The notes: generated by a model not told the origin, from the letters alone. A stretch of 64,000 nucleotides of DNA from Chloroflexota bacterium (GCA_005881435.1 VBHP01000028.1:71003-135002), one strand, 5' to 3'. Positions 35,417 to 45,660 are shown, numbered from the stretch's first letter. Made by a program: numbers and translations.

Positions 35417-36412
35417 TTGGTCCTGAACGAGCTGCTCGTCCGCGAGATCGAAGAGCAACCCGCCGTCGCCCGCCGCGTCCTCGCCTCCGGAGATCCCGAG
35501 ATCGCGCGCACGGCGGTCGCGGCGCGGTCGGTGGTGTACCTCGCGGCGCGCGGCTCGTCGGACAACGCCGCCACATACGCTAAGTACCTCTTCGAGACGC
35601 GTGGACGCATCGCCGCTCTCGCAGCGCCGAGCCTGTTCACGCTCTATCGCGCCGCGCCAGACCTGTCCTCCGCGGCGGTCATCGGCGTGTCGCAATCGGG
35701 AGCGTCGCCGGACGTGGCCGCAGTCGTGCGCGCCGCACGGCGGGCGGGAGCGCCGACGATCGCGATCACCAACGTTCGCCGCTCGTCGCTCGCGCGCGCG
35801 GCCGAGCATGTCGTCGCGCTCGAGGCCGGCACCGAGCGCAGCCTCGCGGCGACGAAGACCTTCACCGCAACCTGCGTGGCGCTGGCGCGAATCGCGGGCG
35901 CGCCGATCGATGAGGCGCCGGACCTGCTGACCGCCGCTCTGAACACGCGGCCCGCGGCGGAGCGTCTGGCGCGGCGGGTGCGGCACCCGCTGCTCGTCAT
36001 CGGCCGTGGCTACACCTATCCGATCGCTCTGGAGATCGCACTCAAAGTCAAGGAGCTGGCCGGCGTGTGGGCCGAGCCGCATTCGGCCGCTGATTTCGCG
36101 CACGGGCCGATCGCGCTGGCGCGCCGGGGGGCATGTGTGCTGCTGCTCGCAGCGCGCGGGCCGACGATCCGATCGCTGCGCGCGCTCGCGCGCGAGCTGC
36201 GCCAGCGGGGCGCGCGCGTCTATGCGCTGACGGACGACGAGCCGCTGGCGGCGTCGTGCCATGCCGCGGTGCTGATACCGACCGCGGCGGAGCACGTGGT
36301 CGCGCTCGCGCTCGTCGTGCCCGGCCAATTCCTGGCGCGGGCCCTCGCGATCGCGCGCGGTCGCGATGTCGACCGTCCTGCCGGTCTGACCAAGGTGACG
36401 CGGACGCGATGA
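35417..36412 (+). CDS. SIS-domain sugar-phosphate isomerase/deaminase (GlmS C-terminal-like)
   Basis: EIEEQP, ARGSSDNA, SQSG.SPD, E.SLAATKTF, EIALKVKE, HGP, LTKVTRT; start uncertain. Confidence 0.9.
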   Translation: MVLNELLVREIEEQPAVARRVLASGDPEIARTAVAARSVVYLAARGSSDNAATYAKYLFETRGRIAALAAPSLFTLYRAAPDLSSAAVIGVSQSGASPDVAAVVRAARRAGAPTIAITNVRRSSLARAAEHVVALEAGTERSLAATKTFTATCVALARIAGAPIDEAPDLLTAALNTRPAAERLARRVRHPLLVIGRGYTYPIALEIALKVKELAGVWAEPHSAADFAHGPIALARRGACVLLLAARGPTIRSLRALARELRQRGARVYALTDDEPLAASCHAAVLIPTAAEHVVALALVVPGQFLARALAIARGRDVDRPAGLTKVTRTR

Positions 36413-36750
36413 TCGATCTGCTGCAGCTCGCCAACGTGGTGCTGCGGCTGCTGCTCGAGTTCGGCGCGCTCGTCGCGCTGGCATACGCCGGTTATCACAG
36501 CAGCCGCAGGCGCGTCGTGCGTGGCGCGCTCGCAATACTCGCGCCGCTGATCGCCGCGGCGCTGTGGCTCACCCTCGGCGCGCCCGGCGGTGAGCGCACG
36601 CTCGACGATCCCTGGCATCTGTTGCTCGAGATCGCGATCTTCGGCGGCGCCGCCGTCGGCCTCGTCTCGACCGGGCGCGTGCGTGTGGGTGTCGCGTTCT
36701 TCCTGCTCTTCGCGCTCAACCGTGCGCTGCTGTACCTCTGGGGCCAGTGA
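36409..36750 (+). CDS. YrdB/DUF2568-like membrane protein
   Basis: LRLLLE...ALAY.G pattern with W...AP; ATGA overlap with the upstream gene. Confidence 0.75.
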   Translation: MIDLLQLANVVLRLLLEFGALVALAYAGYHSSRRRVVRGALAILAPLIAAALWLTLGAPGGERTLDDPWHLLLEIAIFGGAAVGLVSTGRVRVGVAFFLLFALNRALLYLWGQ

Positions 36751-38097
36751 TCAGGGGTCGCGTCGGGGCGTAAGCCTGCCGAAGAAGCGGACCCATCGCA
36801 CACTGCCATTTCCATCGCGGGCGAACCAGACCGGCATCTCGGCGAAGGGGCCGTTGCGCACGACCGCGCGATCGTCGTCGCTGAAGTCGAGCCGCATCCG
36901 CGGCAGCGGCTCCGGGCGCGGGCGCTGGTGGGCATCCATACCGCCACGGCGGACGGCCTCGAGCCACACGCCATCGGCGTCGCTTCCGACTGTGACCTCG
37001 TAGATCGCCGCGCGGTAGCGGCCGGCGTACTCAGCCGCACGCTCCCGAGGCACCGCGCGCCATTCTGCCGGCGCCGGGGCGGGAAGGCCGAGGTGGCCCT
37101 GAAGGACGGCCCGCGAGACCGCGCGGACGACGGGCGCGCCGCGATCCGCATTCGTCAGCACGGCGAAGGCGACGTCGCGATCCGGCACCACCGCGAGATG
37201 CGCGGTGTGGCTGACGGTGCTGCCGCCGTGGGTCAGGATGCGAACGCCGCCGACTGCGGCAACGGTCCACGCCATCGCGGCCGGACTCTTCTGCGGTGCG
37301 TACAGCGGCTCGCGCATGCGCTCGACCGCGCCCGCGGACAGCACGGGCTCGCGCCGTCCGAGGTGCAGCCGCGCGTAGGCGAGCAGCTCGCGCGCGGTGC
37401 TGACCAGCGCGCCGCCCGAGGCGAACGAGCGGAACAGACGCCACGGCCGCACGACTCGCGCGGCGCCGTCGATCACGACGTGACCGCTGGCCGCATGCGT
37501 CGCGGTCTCCCAGGCGAAGCCAGTACGTTTCATTCCGAGCGGCTCGAGCACGTGTTCTCGCGCCGCCGCGTCGAACGGCCGTCCGCGCAGCACTTCGACG
37601 ATGCGTCCGAGGATCGCATAGCCGGCGTTGCAGTACGCGCGCGTCCAGTCGAATGGCGCGACCTGCGGCGTATCCGCGAGCGCGGCGACGTATCGCGCCA
37701 GAGCGTCGTCTCCGGCGCCGGTGTCGATGAAGACGTCGCCTTCGAATCCGGCCACGTGCGCGAGGAGGTGACGCGGTGTGACCGCCCGCGCCACGGTCTC
37801 GTCGGCGAGTCGCAGCTCCGGGAGATAGGTGCGCACGGGCGCGTCGAGATCGAGTCGCCCCTCCTCGAGCAGCTGTTGCAGCAGCGTTGCCGTGAGCGTC
37901 TTGGTGACCGAGCCGCACTGGAACAGCGTGTCGACGTCGACCGGATCGCCGCGCTCGGCATCGGCGACGCCGACGCAGCGGATGATCTCGGTCTCGCCGT
38001 CGACCACCGCAATCGCGACGCCGGGAACTCCGCTCTCGCGGATTGCCTCCGGCACGGTGCGGTCGAGGCTCGCGATGAGCGCGCCGCGGTCGCGCAT
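36751..38097 (-). CDS. Beta-lactamase-like serine hydrolase with C-terminal extension
   Basis: FQCGSVTK, YCNAGY, THGGS; coupled to namZ. Confidence 0.88.
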   Translation of the reverse strand: MRDRGALIASLDRTVPEAIRESGVPGVAIAVVDGETEIIRCVGVADAERGDPVDVDTLFQCGSVTKTLTATLLQQLLEEGRLDLDAPVRTYLPELRLADETVARAVTPRHLLAHVAGFEGDVFIDTGAGDDALARYVAALADTPQVAPFDWTRAYCNAGYAILGRIVEVLRGRPFDAAAREHVLEPLGMKRTGFAWETATHAASGHVVIDGAARVVRPWRLFRSFASGGALVSTARELLAYARLHLGRREPVLSAGAVERMREPLYAPQKSPAAMAWTVAAVGGVRILTHGGSTVSHTAHLAVVPDRDVAFAVLTNADRGAPVVRAVSRAVLQGHLGLPAPAPAEWRAVPRERAAEYAGRYRAAIYEVTVGSDADGVWLEAVRRGGMDAHQRPRPEPLPRMRLDFSDDDRAVVRNGPFAEMPVWFARDGNGSVRWVRFFGRLTPRRDP

Positions 38098-39161
38098 CAG
38101 TACCGCAGGTAGTGACGGCGGATGTCCGCGAAGGTCTCGAGCGGCGCGCGCCACGACGCCACGATCTCGTCGGCGCTCCGTCCGTCATCCAGCGCGAGGC
38201 GGAGCGCGTCGGTGCCGGCGAGATGATCGAAGCGCTCGGCGTCGATCGTCAGCTCCCGGTGCGTGTCGCGGATGGCGGCGAGGAGGCGCACGCCGATGGC
38301 GACCGGCCGAAGGCGCGCACGATCGGCGATCTCGATACGTACGCCGCGGCCGGTTTCACGATCCTCGGCGCACAGCCGGATCCCATCGAGGTCGAGGCGC
38401 GACAGCCGCGCCGCATCGAGCCACGGCGCGCCGATCCACTCGAACGGCGCGCTCGTGCCGCGGCCGGGAGACACGTTCGTGGCCTCGAACAGCACCGTAC
38501 CGGCATAGAGCGCGCACGCCGGCAGCGAGCGCAATGCCGGCGACGGCGGCTCGAACGGGACGCGCGCGTCATCGAGCCACCCGCGACGCCAGCCGTCCAG
38601 GTCGACCACGGTGAGGTCGCAGGCGATCGGCAGGCAATCGACATAGAAGGAGGCAAGCTCGCCTGGCGTCATGGCGTAGCGCAACGGCACCGGTGACGCC
38701 CCGACGAACGAAGCGAAGCGTAGGTCGAGCACCGGACCGTCGGCGGGCAGATCGCCTAGCGGATCCGGACGATCAAGGACCACCACGGGGATGCCATGCG
38801 CGCCACAGGCGCGCATCACCTCGGCCAGGGTGGTGACATAGGTGAAGCAGCGCGCCGCGACGTCCTGGAGGTCATAGACCATGACCTCGATATCGGTGAG
38901 CATCTCGTCCGTCGGCCGTTGGATCGCGCCGTACAGGCTGTGCACCGGCAGACGGGTCGTGGGATCGATGCTCGACGCGATCGGCGCGCCCGCCGCGGCC
39001 GTGCCCGACAGGCCGTGCTCGGGCGAAAACAGTGCCGCGAGGTCGTGCGCCGAGAGGAAGGCTCCGATCGTGGCGCGACCGCTGTGGTTGGTCACGAGGC
39101 CGACGCGCTTACCGGCAAAGAGGTCGGCGCGCTCGGCGATGCGGTCTCGGCCGAGGCGCAT
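38097..39161 (-). CDS. namZ: Exo-beta-N-acetylmuramidase (DUF1343)
   Basis: VGLVTNHSG, FSPEHG, HSLYG, DLQDV, LDRP.P, PSP.L, GRGT..PFE.IGAPW. Confidence 0.92.
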   Translation of the reverse strand: MRLGRDRIAERADLFAGKRVGLVTNHSGRATIGAFLSAHDLAALFSPEHGLSGTAAAGAPIASSIDPTTRLPVHSLYGAIQRPTDEMLTDIEVMVYDLQDVAARCFTYVTTLAEVMRACGAHGIPVVVLDRPDPLGDLPADGPVLDLRFASFVGASPVPLRYAMTPGELASFYVDCLPIACDLTVVDLDGWRRGWLDDARVPFEPPSPALRSLPACALYAGTVLFEATNVSPGRGTSAPFEWIGAPWLDAARLSRLDLDGIRLCAEDRETGRGVRIEIADRARLRPVAIGVRLLAAIRDTHRELTIDAERFDHLAGTDALRLALDDGRSADEIVASWRAPLETFADIRRHYLRY

Positions 39162-39913
39162 CAGAGCTGGGCGAAGGTGATGAGCTCGAACCGTTCCTTC
39201 GCCGCTGACATGACGTCGGGCGACGTCAATGTCGCGAGCTCTGCGGGACGCTCGCGGGCGTATGACGACGTCAGCAAGGCGTCGTCGATTTCGGCGGGGT
39301 GGCACATCAGCTCACTCGTGCCTTCGGCGATACGGCCGAAGAGCGCGAGCAGCGATTTCGGCGTGACGGCTTCGGTGCCGTAGAAGTCGCGGACGAACTG
39401 ATCCGGGGTGCGCAGGCCGCTCTTGCGCAAGGCCTCGCGCTGCGCCCGTGACTGGTTGCGCACCGGCATGCCGCGCTCCTTGGCCACGGTGGTGAAGGCC
39501 CAGAGCACCTCGGGCTCGTCCTGCACGAAATGGTGCGTGTCCAGATGCGTCGGTGTGCGCTTGAGGAGCTTTGTGACGCGGTCGATCTGACGGCGGAACT
39601 CGGCCAGAACCTCCTCGCCGCGCAGCTTGCCGCGAACGAGATGCGGACGGGGAGGGAACGAACCGTCCTCACGCACCAGCGAGGGGACCGCGCCCACCGG
39701 CGACAGTGGCTTCCCGTACGTGAGCACCAGGTGCACGCCGACGCCGAGGCGCTTCTGATCCCGCACCAGCGCGGCAGCGTCCTCAGCCGCCTCGGCATTC
39801 GCCATCAGCGTCGTGCTGGTGACGATGCCGTCGCGGTGCGCTCGTAGCACGCCGCGGTTCACGCCGCGAGAGCGGCCGAGATCGTCGGCGTTGACGATCA
39901 GGCGCCGGCTCAT
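39161..39913 (-). CDS. ChbG/YdjC-family carbohydrate deacetylase
   Basis: LIVNADDLG, GVHL, PTHLDTHH, ELMCHP. Confidence 0.9.
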   Translation of the reverse strand: MSRRLIVNADDLGRSRGVNRGVLRAHRDGIVTSTTLMANAEAAEDAAALVRDQKRLGVGVHLVLTYGKPLSPVGAVPSLVREDGSFPPRPHLVRGKLRGEEVLAEFRRQIDRVTKLLKRTPTHLDTHHFVQDEPEVLWAFTTVAKERGMPVRNQSRAQREALRKSGLRTPDQFVRDFYGTEAVTPKSLLALFGRIAEGTSELMCHPAEIDDALLTSSYARERPAELATLTSPDVMSAAKERFELITFAQL

Positions 39914-40809
39914 GCCGTCGCGCCCCACGCCGCGCGCGCGGCGATGCGCGCGGCCCCGACGACGGGCTCGTTCGTCATCCGCGACACGCGCGCGGCGGGA
40001 AGCACCGCCGCGAGGCGGGCGCGCGTGTCCTGCTCGAGCCGCGGCAGCGCCTCGAACGCGCCACCGCCGAGGAAGACATCGTCGAGTGCGAGGCGCTCGG
40101 CGACGACGCGCGCCGCGCGCGCGAGCTCGTCCGCCCCGGCCGCGACGATCCGCCGCGCGACATCATCGCGATCCAGGACGGCACCGAGAGCGCGGAACGC
40201 GGCCAGGATCGCCGGGGCGGGATGAGGCACGCCGTACAGCTGTGGCAGCGCCGCGCGAAGTCCGGACACGCGCAACTCGGCCGCGATCGCGTCGCCGAGC
40301 AGCGTCGGTTCAGCTCTGCCGTCGGTCGCCCTGGCCGCGGCGCGAAGCGCTTCGAGGCCCAGCCACGTGGCGCTGCCCTCGTCGCCGATGAGGTGTCCCC
40401 AGCCGCTGGCCCGCGCCTCGCGACCCGTAGCGTCACGGCCGTAGGCGATCGCGCCGGTGCCGGAGATCAGCACGATGCCGATTCCTTCAGGCGTGGCCGC
40501 GTGTAACGCCGCGGCCGCGTCGTGCGCGACCACGACCCGCGTCCCGGGCACCAGCTCCGCGAGAAAGGCGGCGACGCGCGCCCGCGAGGCCTCGTCCTCG
40601 GTGCCGGCGGCGCAGAGCGCGACGGCTGCCGGGACCGTTCCGTTGGTGACCCCGGCGATCGCCTCGCGCAGGCGCTCCAGCGCATCGGCGGAGGCCAGGA
40701 GATTCGCGCCCGCGACCAGGTCATGCGCGCGCAGCGATCGTCCCTCGCGATCCACCGCCAGCGCGCGCGTGCGCGAGCCACCGGCGTCGATGCCGACGAC
40801 ATAGGCCAC
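39910..40809 (-). CDS. BadF-type N-acetyl-sugar kinase (NagK/MurK-like)
   Basis: GIDAGGSRT, HDA.AAL, ISGTG.IAYG, GWGHLIGDEGS. Confidence 0.9.
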   Translation of the reverse strand: MAYVVGIDAGGSRTRALAVDREGRSLRAHDLVAGANLLASADALERLREAIAGVTNGTVPAAVALCAAGTEDEASRARVAAFLAELVPGTRVVVAHDAAAALHAATPEGIGIVLISGTGAIAYGRDATGREARASGWGHLIGDEGSATWLGLEALRAAARATDGRAEPTLLGDAIAAELRVSGLRAALPQLYGVPHPAPAILAAFRALGAVLDRDDVARRIVAAGADELARAARVVAERLALDDVFLGGGAFEALPRLEQDTRARLAAVLPAARVSRMTNEPVVGAARIAARAAWGATA

Positions 40810-40818
40810 GGCCAGAGG

Positions 40819-41385
40819 CTAGGCGAAAGAGGTCAGCCGAGCCGACGCGGCGTACTCCGGCCAGCGCTCCAACAGTCGACGCGCGATCGCGCCGTGGTCG
40901 CCCGGCGCGATCCCGTCGAGGAACGCGTCCGTCTCCGCGAGAAGACGGCGTTCGTGCGCGTCGTCCTCGCCTGTCCTTCGCGCGCTCGCATGACCCTCGA
41001 GCGGCCACGCGGGCAGTACTCGAGCGAACACCGCGAGCGCGCGCGGCAGATGGGACGGCGAGGTCACCACGACGAGCGGTCGCGGACGAAGCTCGCCGAG
41101 ATAGCGCAGCGCGACGAACAGCGCGTTGCCGATGGTGTCGCGAGACTCATCTTCGACGAAGACGCGGTCCGTCGCGACGCCGGCGGCGACGAGGGCTTCG
41201 CGCATCGCCGCGGCCTCGCTCGGGCCCGCCTCCGGCGTTCCGAGGCCGTACCCGCCGGACACGATCACGGCATCGCGCGGGCGCGTCAGCGCCAGGTCAG
41301 CCGCGGCTCGAGCGCGATCGCGCGTGGTCGCACCCGGACCGCCTCCGAGGACGACGAGGAGCTCCGGCGCCGCAGCGAGATTCAC
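40819..41385 (-). CDS. YdcF/DUF218 (ElyC/SanA-like) protein
   Basis: VVLGGG, VSGG, SEA.AM, EDESRDTIGNA, VTSPSHLPRA. Confidence 0.88.
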   Translation of the reverse strand: MNLAAAPELLVVLGGGPGATTRDRARAAADLALTRPRDAVIVSGGYGLGTPEAGPSEAAAMREALVAAGVATDRVFVEDESRDTIGNALFVALRYLGELRPRPLVVVTSPSHLPRALAVFARVLPAWPLEGHASARRTGEDDAHERRLLAETDAFLDGIAPGDHGAIARRLLERWPEYAASARLTSFA

Positions 41386-41404
41386 AGCGCGGGCACCGTT
41401 CGCA

Positions 41405-41445
41405 GAAAAGCGGAAGCCCGCGATCCCGATGGGTCGCGGGCTTCC
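41405..41445 (-). terminator. Intrinsic terminator after the solute-binding protein gene
   Basis: 12-bp stem GGAAGCCCGCGA/TCGCGGGCTTCC followed by GCTTTTCT on the minus strand. Confidence 0.8.
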
Positions 41446-41472
41446 AGGATTCGCCTGCGCGTCATGCGCGTC

Positions 41473-43263
41473 CTAAATCGAGTGCAGGGTCCCATTCATC
41501 AACATGATGATGGTGAAGTTATCGCCACCGGGGTTCTGGTAGATCTTGTCCGACAGATCCGGCCAGACCACACGCTTCTTGTCGTTGAGTGGATTGTTGC
41601 CCAGACGCTGCCACAGCGGGACGCACGGCAGGATCTCGTTGAAGGCGAGCGAGATCTGCGTGATCGCCGTCTTCTGTTTCGCTAGATCGGTCCCCGCGGC
41701 CGCGTCGACGAGGAGCTTCTCGAAATCGATCGTGCCACCGGACCACTTCTGCGTGGTGGGGTAGTGCATGCCGCCGCCGGCGTTGGTGGTGTTGTATTCA
41801 CGGAACGGGCGGGCGAGGGACGCCTGCGGGTGTGGATTGCCGATGCCCCAGGCGTTCAGCGTGATCTCGAACTTGCCATCGTTCGTGTCCGGCAGGTGCG
41901 TGGCACGCGGCGCGCCGCGAGGTGTGATCTTGATGCCGAAGGTGTTGAGCGACTTCTGCGCGTGATCCGCGGCCGCGGACCAGTCGGTGAAGTCGCTGGG
42001 GAAGTACAGCTCGTAGGCCAGCTTCTTCCCGCCCTTGGCGTAGATGCCGTCGACTTTGGCGAAGCCGGCGTCCTTCATGAGCTGGTCGGCCGCGGCGACG
42101 TTGTAGTCGTACGACTTGAACTTGGACTGATCGCCGGACGCGATCCAGTTCGGGACGAGCTCGTCGGGGAAGCCGGTCATGTACTTCGGTGGCTTCGCGC
42201 TCTGGCCGTAGGCGATCGTTCCGCTCTCGACGCGGTTGATCGCCATCGCGACGGCCTGACGCAGCCTCGGGTCCTGGAACTCCGGAGTCTTGTCCCAGTT
42301 GAAGTAGATGGCCGGTCCGGTGAACAGCGGGCCGCGCGCGATCTTCAGGCCGGCGTCCTGGAAGGATCGGTCCTGCGCGACGCTGAAGCCGTGCGTGGCG
42401 TAGTCGACGTCGCCGGAAAGGACCAGCGGCGCGATCGCCGCGGTCTCGCCCTGGTACACGACGACCTTGTCGAAGGTCACGCTATCGCCGAAGAGGCCGC
42501 CCGCGTTGCGCACGAAAGTCACCTGCGCCGCGGTCAACGTCGACGTATCCATCTTGTACGGGCCGACCGAGAGCGGGCCGGCCGGGCGGAGATTGTCCTT
42601 CTCGGTGCGCAGCGCCTTGACCTCGTCCGAGGTCGTGGTCTTCCCAGCCTTGTACAGCGCCTCGGCGCGCTTGGCGAAGTCGCCGAACTGAGAGTCGGCA
42701 CGGATGCCATTGGCGCGGAGGATCAGGCGTTCGCCGAGCGTGGTCGGGGTCTTGAAGTGGAACCGCACCGTGTTGTCGTCGGGCATGGTCACGTCATCGA
42801 TGTAGGACCAGATCCCGAATCCCTCCATGCGTCCGACCCAGTACGTGGTCCAGACGTCCTTCGAGGTGAACGGCTTGCCGTCGTCCCACTTGAGGCCCTT
42901 GCGGAGCTTCACGTCGAGGTTGTCGCCGTTCATCGCGTGCGACTCCGCCAGCCAGTAGTCGTACTTGTCCTCGGACCAGCGGTATGCCGCGAGCGAGGGG
43001 AGCATGAGGTCGCCGTAGATGCTCACGCCGGAGGTGGCGAGGATCGAGCCCGTGGTGAAGTAGTTGTAGTGACCCTTTGGCGGCAGGTCGTACGGCCACG
43101 CGCCGTGGAACTCGCCGCCTTTCTTTCCGGTGCCTCCGCTCGGTGTGGCCGTACCGGGCTGGCAGGCGGCGGCGAGCATGCCGATGGACACGAGGGTCGC
43201 GTCGCGCAGGAACATACGGCGCGTGGGTGCGTAGACGGGTGCCTTGGGTTTGTCTGCTGTCAT
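41473..43263 (-). CDS. ABC family-5 solute-binding protein, Tat lipoprotein
   Basis: TRRMFLR...LAAC; LRKGLKWDDGKPFTSKDV; D.RLRQAVAMAINR. Confidence 0.92.
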   Translation of the reverse strand: MTADKPKAPVYAPTRRMFLRDATLVSIGMLAAACQPGTATPSGGTGKKGGEFHGAWPYDLPPKGHYNYFTTGSILATSGVSIYGDLMLPSLAAYRWSEDKYDYWLAESHAMNGDNLDVKLRKGLKWDDGKPFTSKDVWTTYWVGRMEGFGIWSYIDDVTMPDDNTVRFHFKTPTTLGERLILRANGIRADSQFGDFAKRAEALYKAGKTTTSDEVKALRTEKDNLRPAGPLSVGPYKMDTSTLTAAQVTFVRNAGGLFGDSVTFDKVVVYQGETAAIAPLVLSGDVDYATHGFSVAQDRSFQDAGLKIARGPLFTGPAIYFNWDKTPEFQDPRLRQAVAMAINRVESGTIAYGQSAKPPKYMTGFPDELVPNWIASGDQSKFKSYDYNVAAADQLMKDAGFAKVDGIYAKGGKKLAYELYFPSDFTDWSAAADHAQKSLNTFGIKITPRGAPRATHLPDTNDGKFEITLNAWGIGNPHPQASLARPFREYNTTNAGGGMHYPTTQKWSGGTIDFEKLLVDAAAGTDLAKQKTAITQISLAFNEILPCVPLWQRLGNNPLNDKKRVVWPDLSDKIYQNPGGDNFTIIMLMNGTLHSI

Positions 43264-43562
43264 TCCTCTTTCCCCCCAGGGGCTGAAGCCCCTGTGCGCG
43301 TCGCGTCTGGACTTCGCTGGTTGTAACGGTCCGCGATGCTTCTGTCACGCCGTTGCCGCGTGGCCGCGTCCTCCGGAAGGCGCGAGCTTGTGAGCCGAGC
43401 GATCAGGGCCACGCCTGCGACGAAGAGTAGCCCGACCAGGAGCGCAAGCACGTCCACGACGAACGAGGCCGACGACGGATCCTGGAACGGCAGCGTGATC
43501 GCGGCAAGAAGCGCGATAAGCACGCCGATGCGCATCCCGCCGCGCAGGAGCTCCGGATCCAC
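43260..43562 (-). CDS. Small 2-TM hypothetical protein
   Basis: Two hydrophobic helices; its stop overlaps the SBP start (ATGA). Confidence 0.75.
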   Translation of the reverse strand: MDPELLRGGMRIGVLIALLAAITLPFQDPSSASFVVDVLALLVGLLFVAGVALIARLTSSRLPEDAATRQRRDRSIADRYNQRSPDATRTGASAPGGKEE

Positions 43563-43564
43563 CC

Positions 43565-44635
43565 TTAACCGGCGGACCCTTCCGATTTGTCGATGTCGAC
43601 CCAGGGAAGGTCAAATCGGAAGGGTCCGGTAGCCGCGGCGAGCGCAGTGCGTTCACGCACAGCCACGTGGCACGCGACCGAGCGCGTCCCGCCGATCGGG
43701 GTCAATGCCGGCACCAGCACGTCACAGAGTCCCGCTTCGGCGCGCGGGCAGCGCGGATGGAAACTGCATCCGGGCGGAAGGCGCAGCAGGCTCGGCACGT
43801 CGGCCGATTTCAGCGGCAGCCGCTGCTTGCTCCGGGTCAGGTCCGGGTCGGCCTCGGGGATCGCACCGATCAGGGCCGTCGCGTACGGATGCGCCGGATC
43901 GTCGATGAGCTCCTGCGTCGCCGACAGCTCGACCACGCGTCCGAGGTACATCACGGCGATCCGGCCGGCGCGCCCGAAGTAGCGGGCCACCGCCAGATCG
44001 TGGGTGATGAGCACGATGCTGACGCCGAACTCGTCGCGCAGACCGAGCAGCAGGTCCAGGAGCGTGATGCGGATCGAGACGTCGACCATCGACACCGCTT
44101 CGTCGGCGACGATCACGCGCGGGTCGACGGTCAGGGCGCGGGCGATGGACACGCGCTGCCGTTGACCGCCCGAGAGCTGGTGCGGAAACTTGTGCAAGAA
44201 ATCGTCCGGCGGCGTGAGACCGACGCGCTGCAGCAGGGAGCGCGCCGCTGCCCGCGCCTGCTTCGCCGTCTGCGCCTTCCGGTGATGGCGCAACGGTGCC
44301 GCGAGCACCTGCTCGACCGTGCGCACCGGATTGAGCGACGCGTAGGGATCCTGATGCACGAGCTGCACGGCGCGGCGAAACCGCACCTGGTCAGCGCCGC
44401 GCGACCGCCACACGTCGTTGCCCTCGAACAGGAGCTCGCCACTGGTCGGCCGGAGCAGACCCGCGAGCAGGCGTCCGGTAGTGGTCTTGCCGCATCCGGA
44501 TTCACCGACAAGGCAGATCGCCTCGCCGCGATCGAGATCGAGCGAGACGTCGTCGACGGCCTTGATCACGCCCGCCGGTGTTTTGAACTCGCGCGTGACG
44601 TGCACCAGCCGGATCAGCGGCGACCCGTTCGTCAC
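43565..44635 (-). CDS. ABC ATPase (OppF/DppF-like)
   Basis: GESGCGKTT, QLSGGQRQR, ADEAVSMVD, C-terminal HPRC. Confidence 0.93.
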   Translation of the reverse strand: MTNGSPLIRLVHVTREFKTPAGVIKAVDDVSLDLDRGEAICLVGESGCGKTTTGRLLAGLLRPTSGELLFEGNDVWRSRGADQVRFRRAVQLVHQDPYASLNPVRTVEQVLAAPLRHHRKAQTAKQARAAARSLLQRVGLTPPDDFLHKFPHQLSGGQRQRVSIARALTVDPRVIVADEAVSMVDVSIRITLLDLLLGLRDEFGVSIVLITHDLAVARYFGRAGRIAVMYLGRVVELSATQELIDDPAHPYATALIGAIPEADPDLTRSKQRLPLKSADVPSLLRLPPGCSFHPRCPRAEAGLCDVLVPALTPIGGTRSVACHVAVRERTALAAATGPFRFDLPWVDIDKSEGSAG

Positions 44636-45660
44636 GCCAGCTTCTCCGCGACGTGCCGCTCCGCGGTCCCGATCGTTCGCGCCACCTCTTGCCAGCGGAT
44701 GCAGGCGGCGTCGTGTCGCGGCATGTCGACCGGCAGCAGCGGCGGGACCGCCGCGAGGCAGGCATCGATCGCGAGCGGACACCGTGGGTGATACGGACAG
44801 CCGGGAGGCGGACTGATGAGATCGGGCGGCGAGCCGGGGATGGAGGCGACGCTGCCGAGCGCTCCGGTCACGCGGGGCACGGCGCGAAGCAGTCCGATCG
44901 AGTAGGGATGACGCGGCCGGTAGAAGAGATCCTCGACGCCGGCCCGTTCCACGGCGCGCCCGGCGTACATCGTCACCACGCGATCGGCGAGCTCGGCAGC
45001 CAGCGAGAGGTCGTGCGAGATGAACAGCATCGAGAAGCCGAGCTTCGTGCGGAGCTCGCGAAGCAGATCGATGATCGCGCGCTGCGTGAGGATGTCGAGC
45101 GCCGTGGTCGGCTCGTCGAGGATCAGCAATGCCGGATGGAGGAGCAGTCCCAGCGCGATGAGCACCCGCTGACGCATGCCACCGGAGAGCTCGTGGGGAT
45201 AGGCGCGGAGCACGCGCTCGGGATCGAGGTGCACGAGGTCGAGCAGCTCGAAGGACCGATCGCGTACGGCTTTGGTGTCCTTCATGCCGTGGGCGCGCGC
45301 GGTGTCGAGGAACTGCGACCAGATGTCGATGACCGGATTGAACGCGTTGAGCGCGGACTGGAACACGAGCGCGCACTCGCGCCAACGGAATTCGCGCAGC
45401 TCCTCGTCGTCCAAGCGCAGCACGTCGCGGGTGATGCCGTCGCGGGTGAAGCGGATCGCTCCGGCGCTGACGCGCGCGTTGCGCGGCAAGAGCCGCACCA
45501 GCGCGACCGCGAGCGTCGTCTTGCCCGACCCACTCTCGCCGATGATCGCGACCGTCTCGCCCGACTCTACGTCGAAGGAGACATCGCGCGCCGCGCGCAG
45601 CGCACCACGACGCGTGGCATATTCGACCGACAGCTCCTGGACGGAGAGGATGGGGTCCAT
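44632..45660 (-). CDS. ABC ATPase (OppD/DppD-like)
   Basis: GESGSGKTT, ELSGGMRQR, LDEPTTALD. Confidence 0.94.
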   Translation of the reverse strand: MDPILSVQELSVEYATRRGALRAARDVSFDVESGETVAIIGESGSGKTTLAVALVRLLPRNARVSAGAIRFTRDGITRDVLRLDDEELREFRWRECALVFQSALNAFNPVIDIWSQFLDTARAHGMKDTKAVRDRSFELLDLVHLDPERVLRAYPHELSGGMRQRVLIALGLLLHPALLILDEPTTALDILTQRAIIDLLRELRTKLGFSMLFISHDLSLAAELADRVVTMYAGRAVERAGVEDLFYRPRHPYSIGLLRAVPRVTGALGSVASIPGSPPDLISPPPGCPYHPRCPLAIDACLAAVPPLLPVDMPRHDAACIRWQEVARTIGTAERHVAEKLA

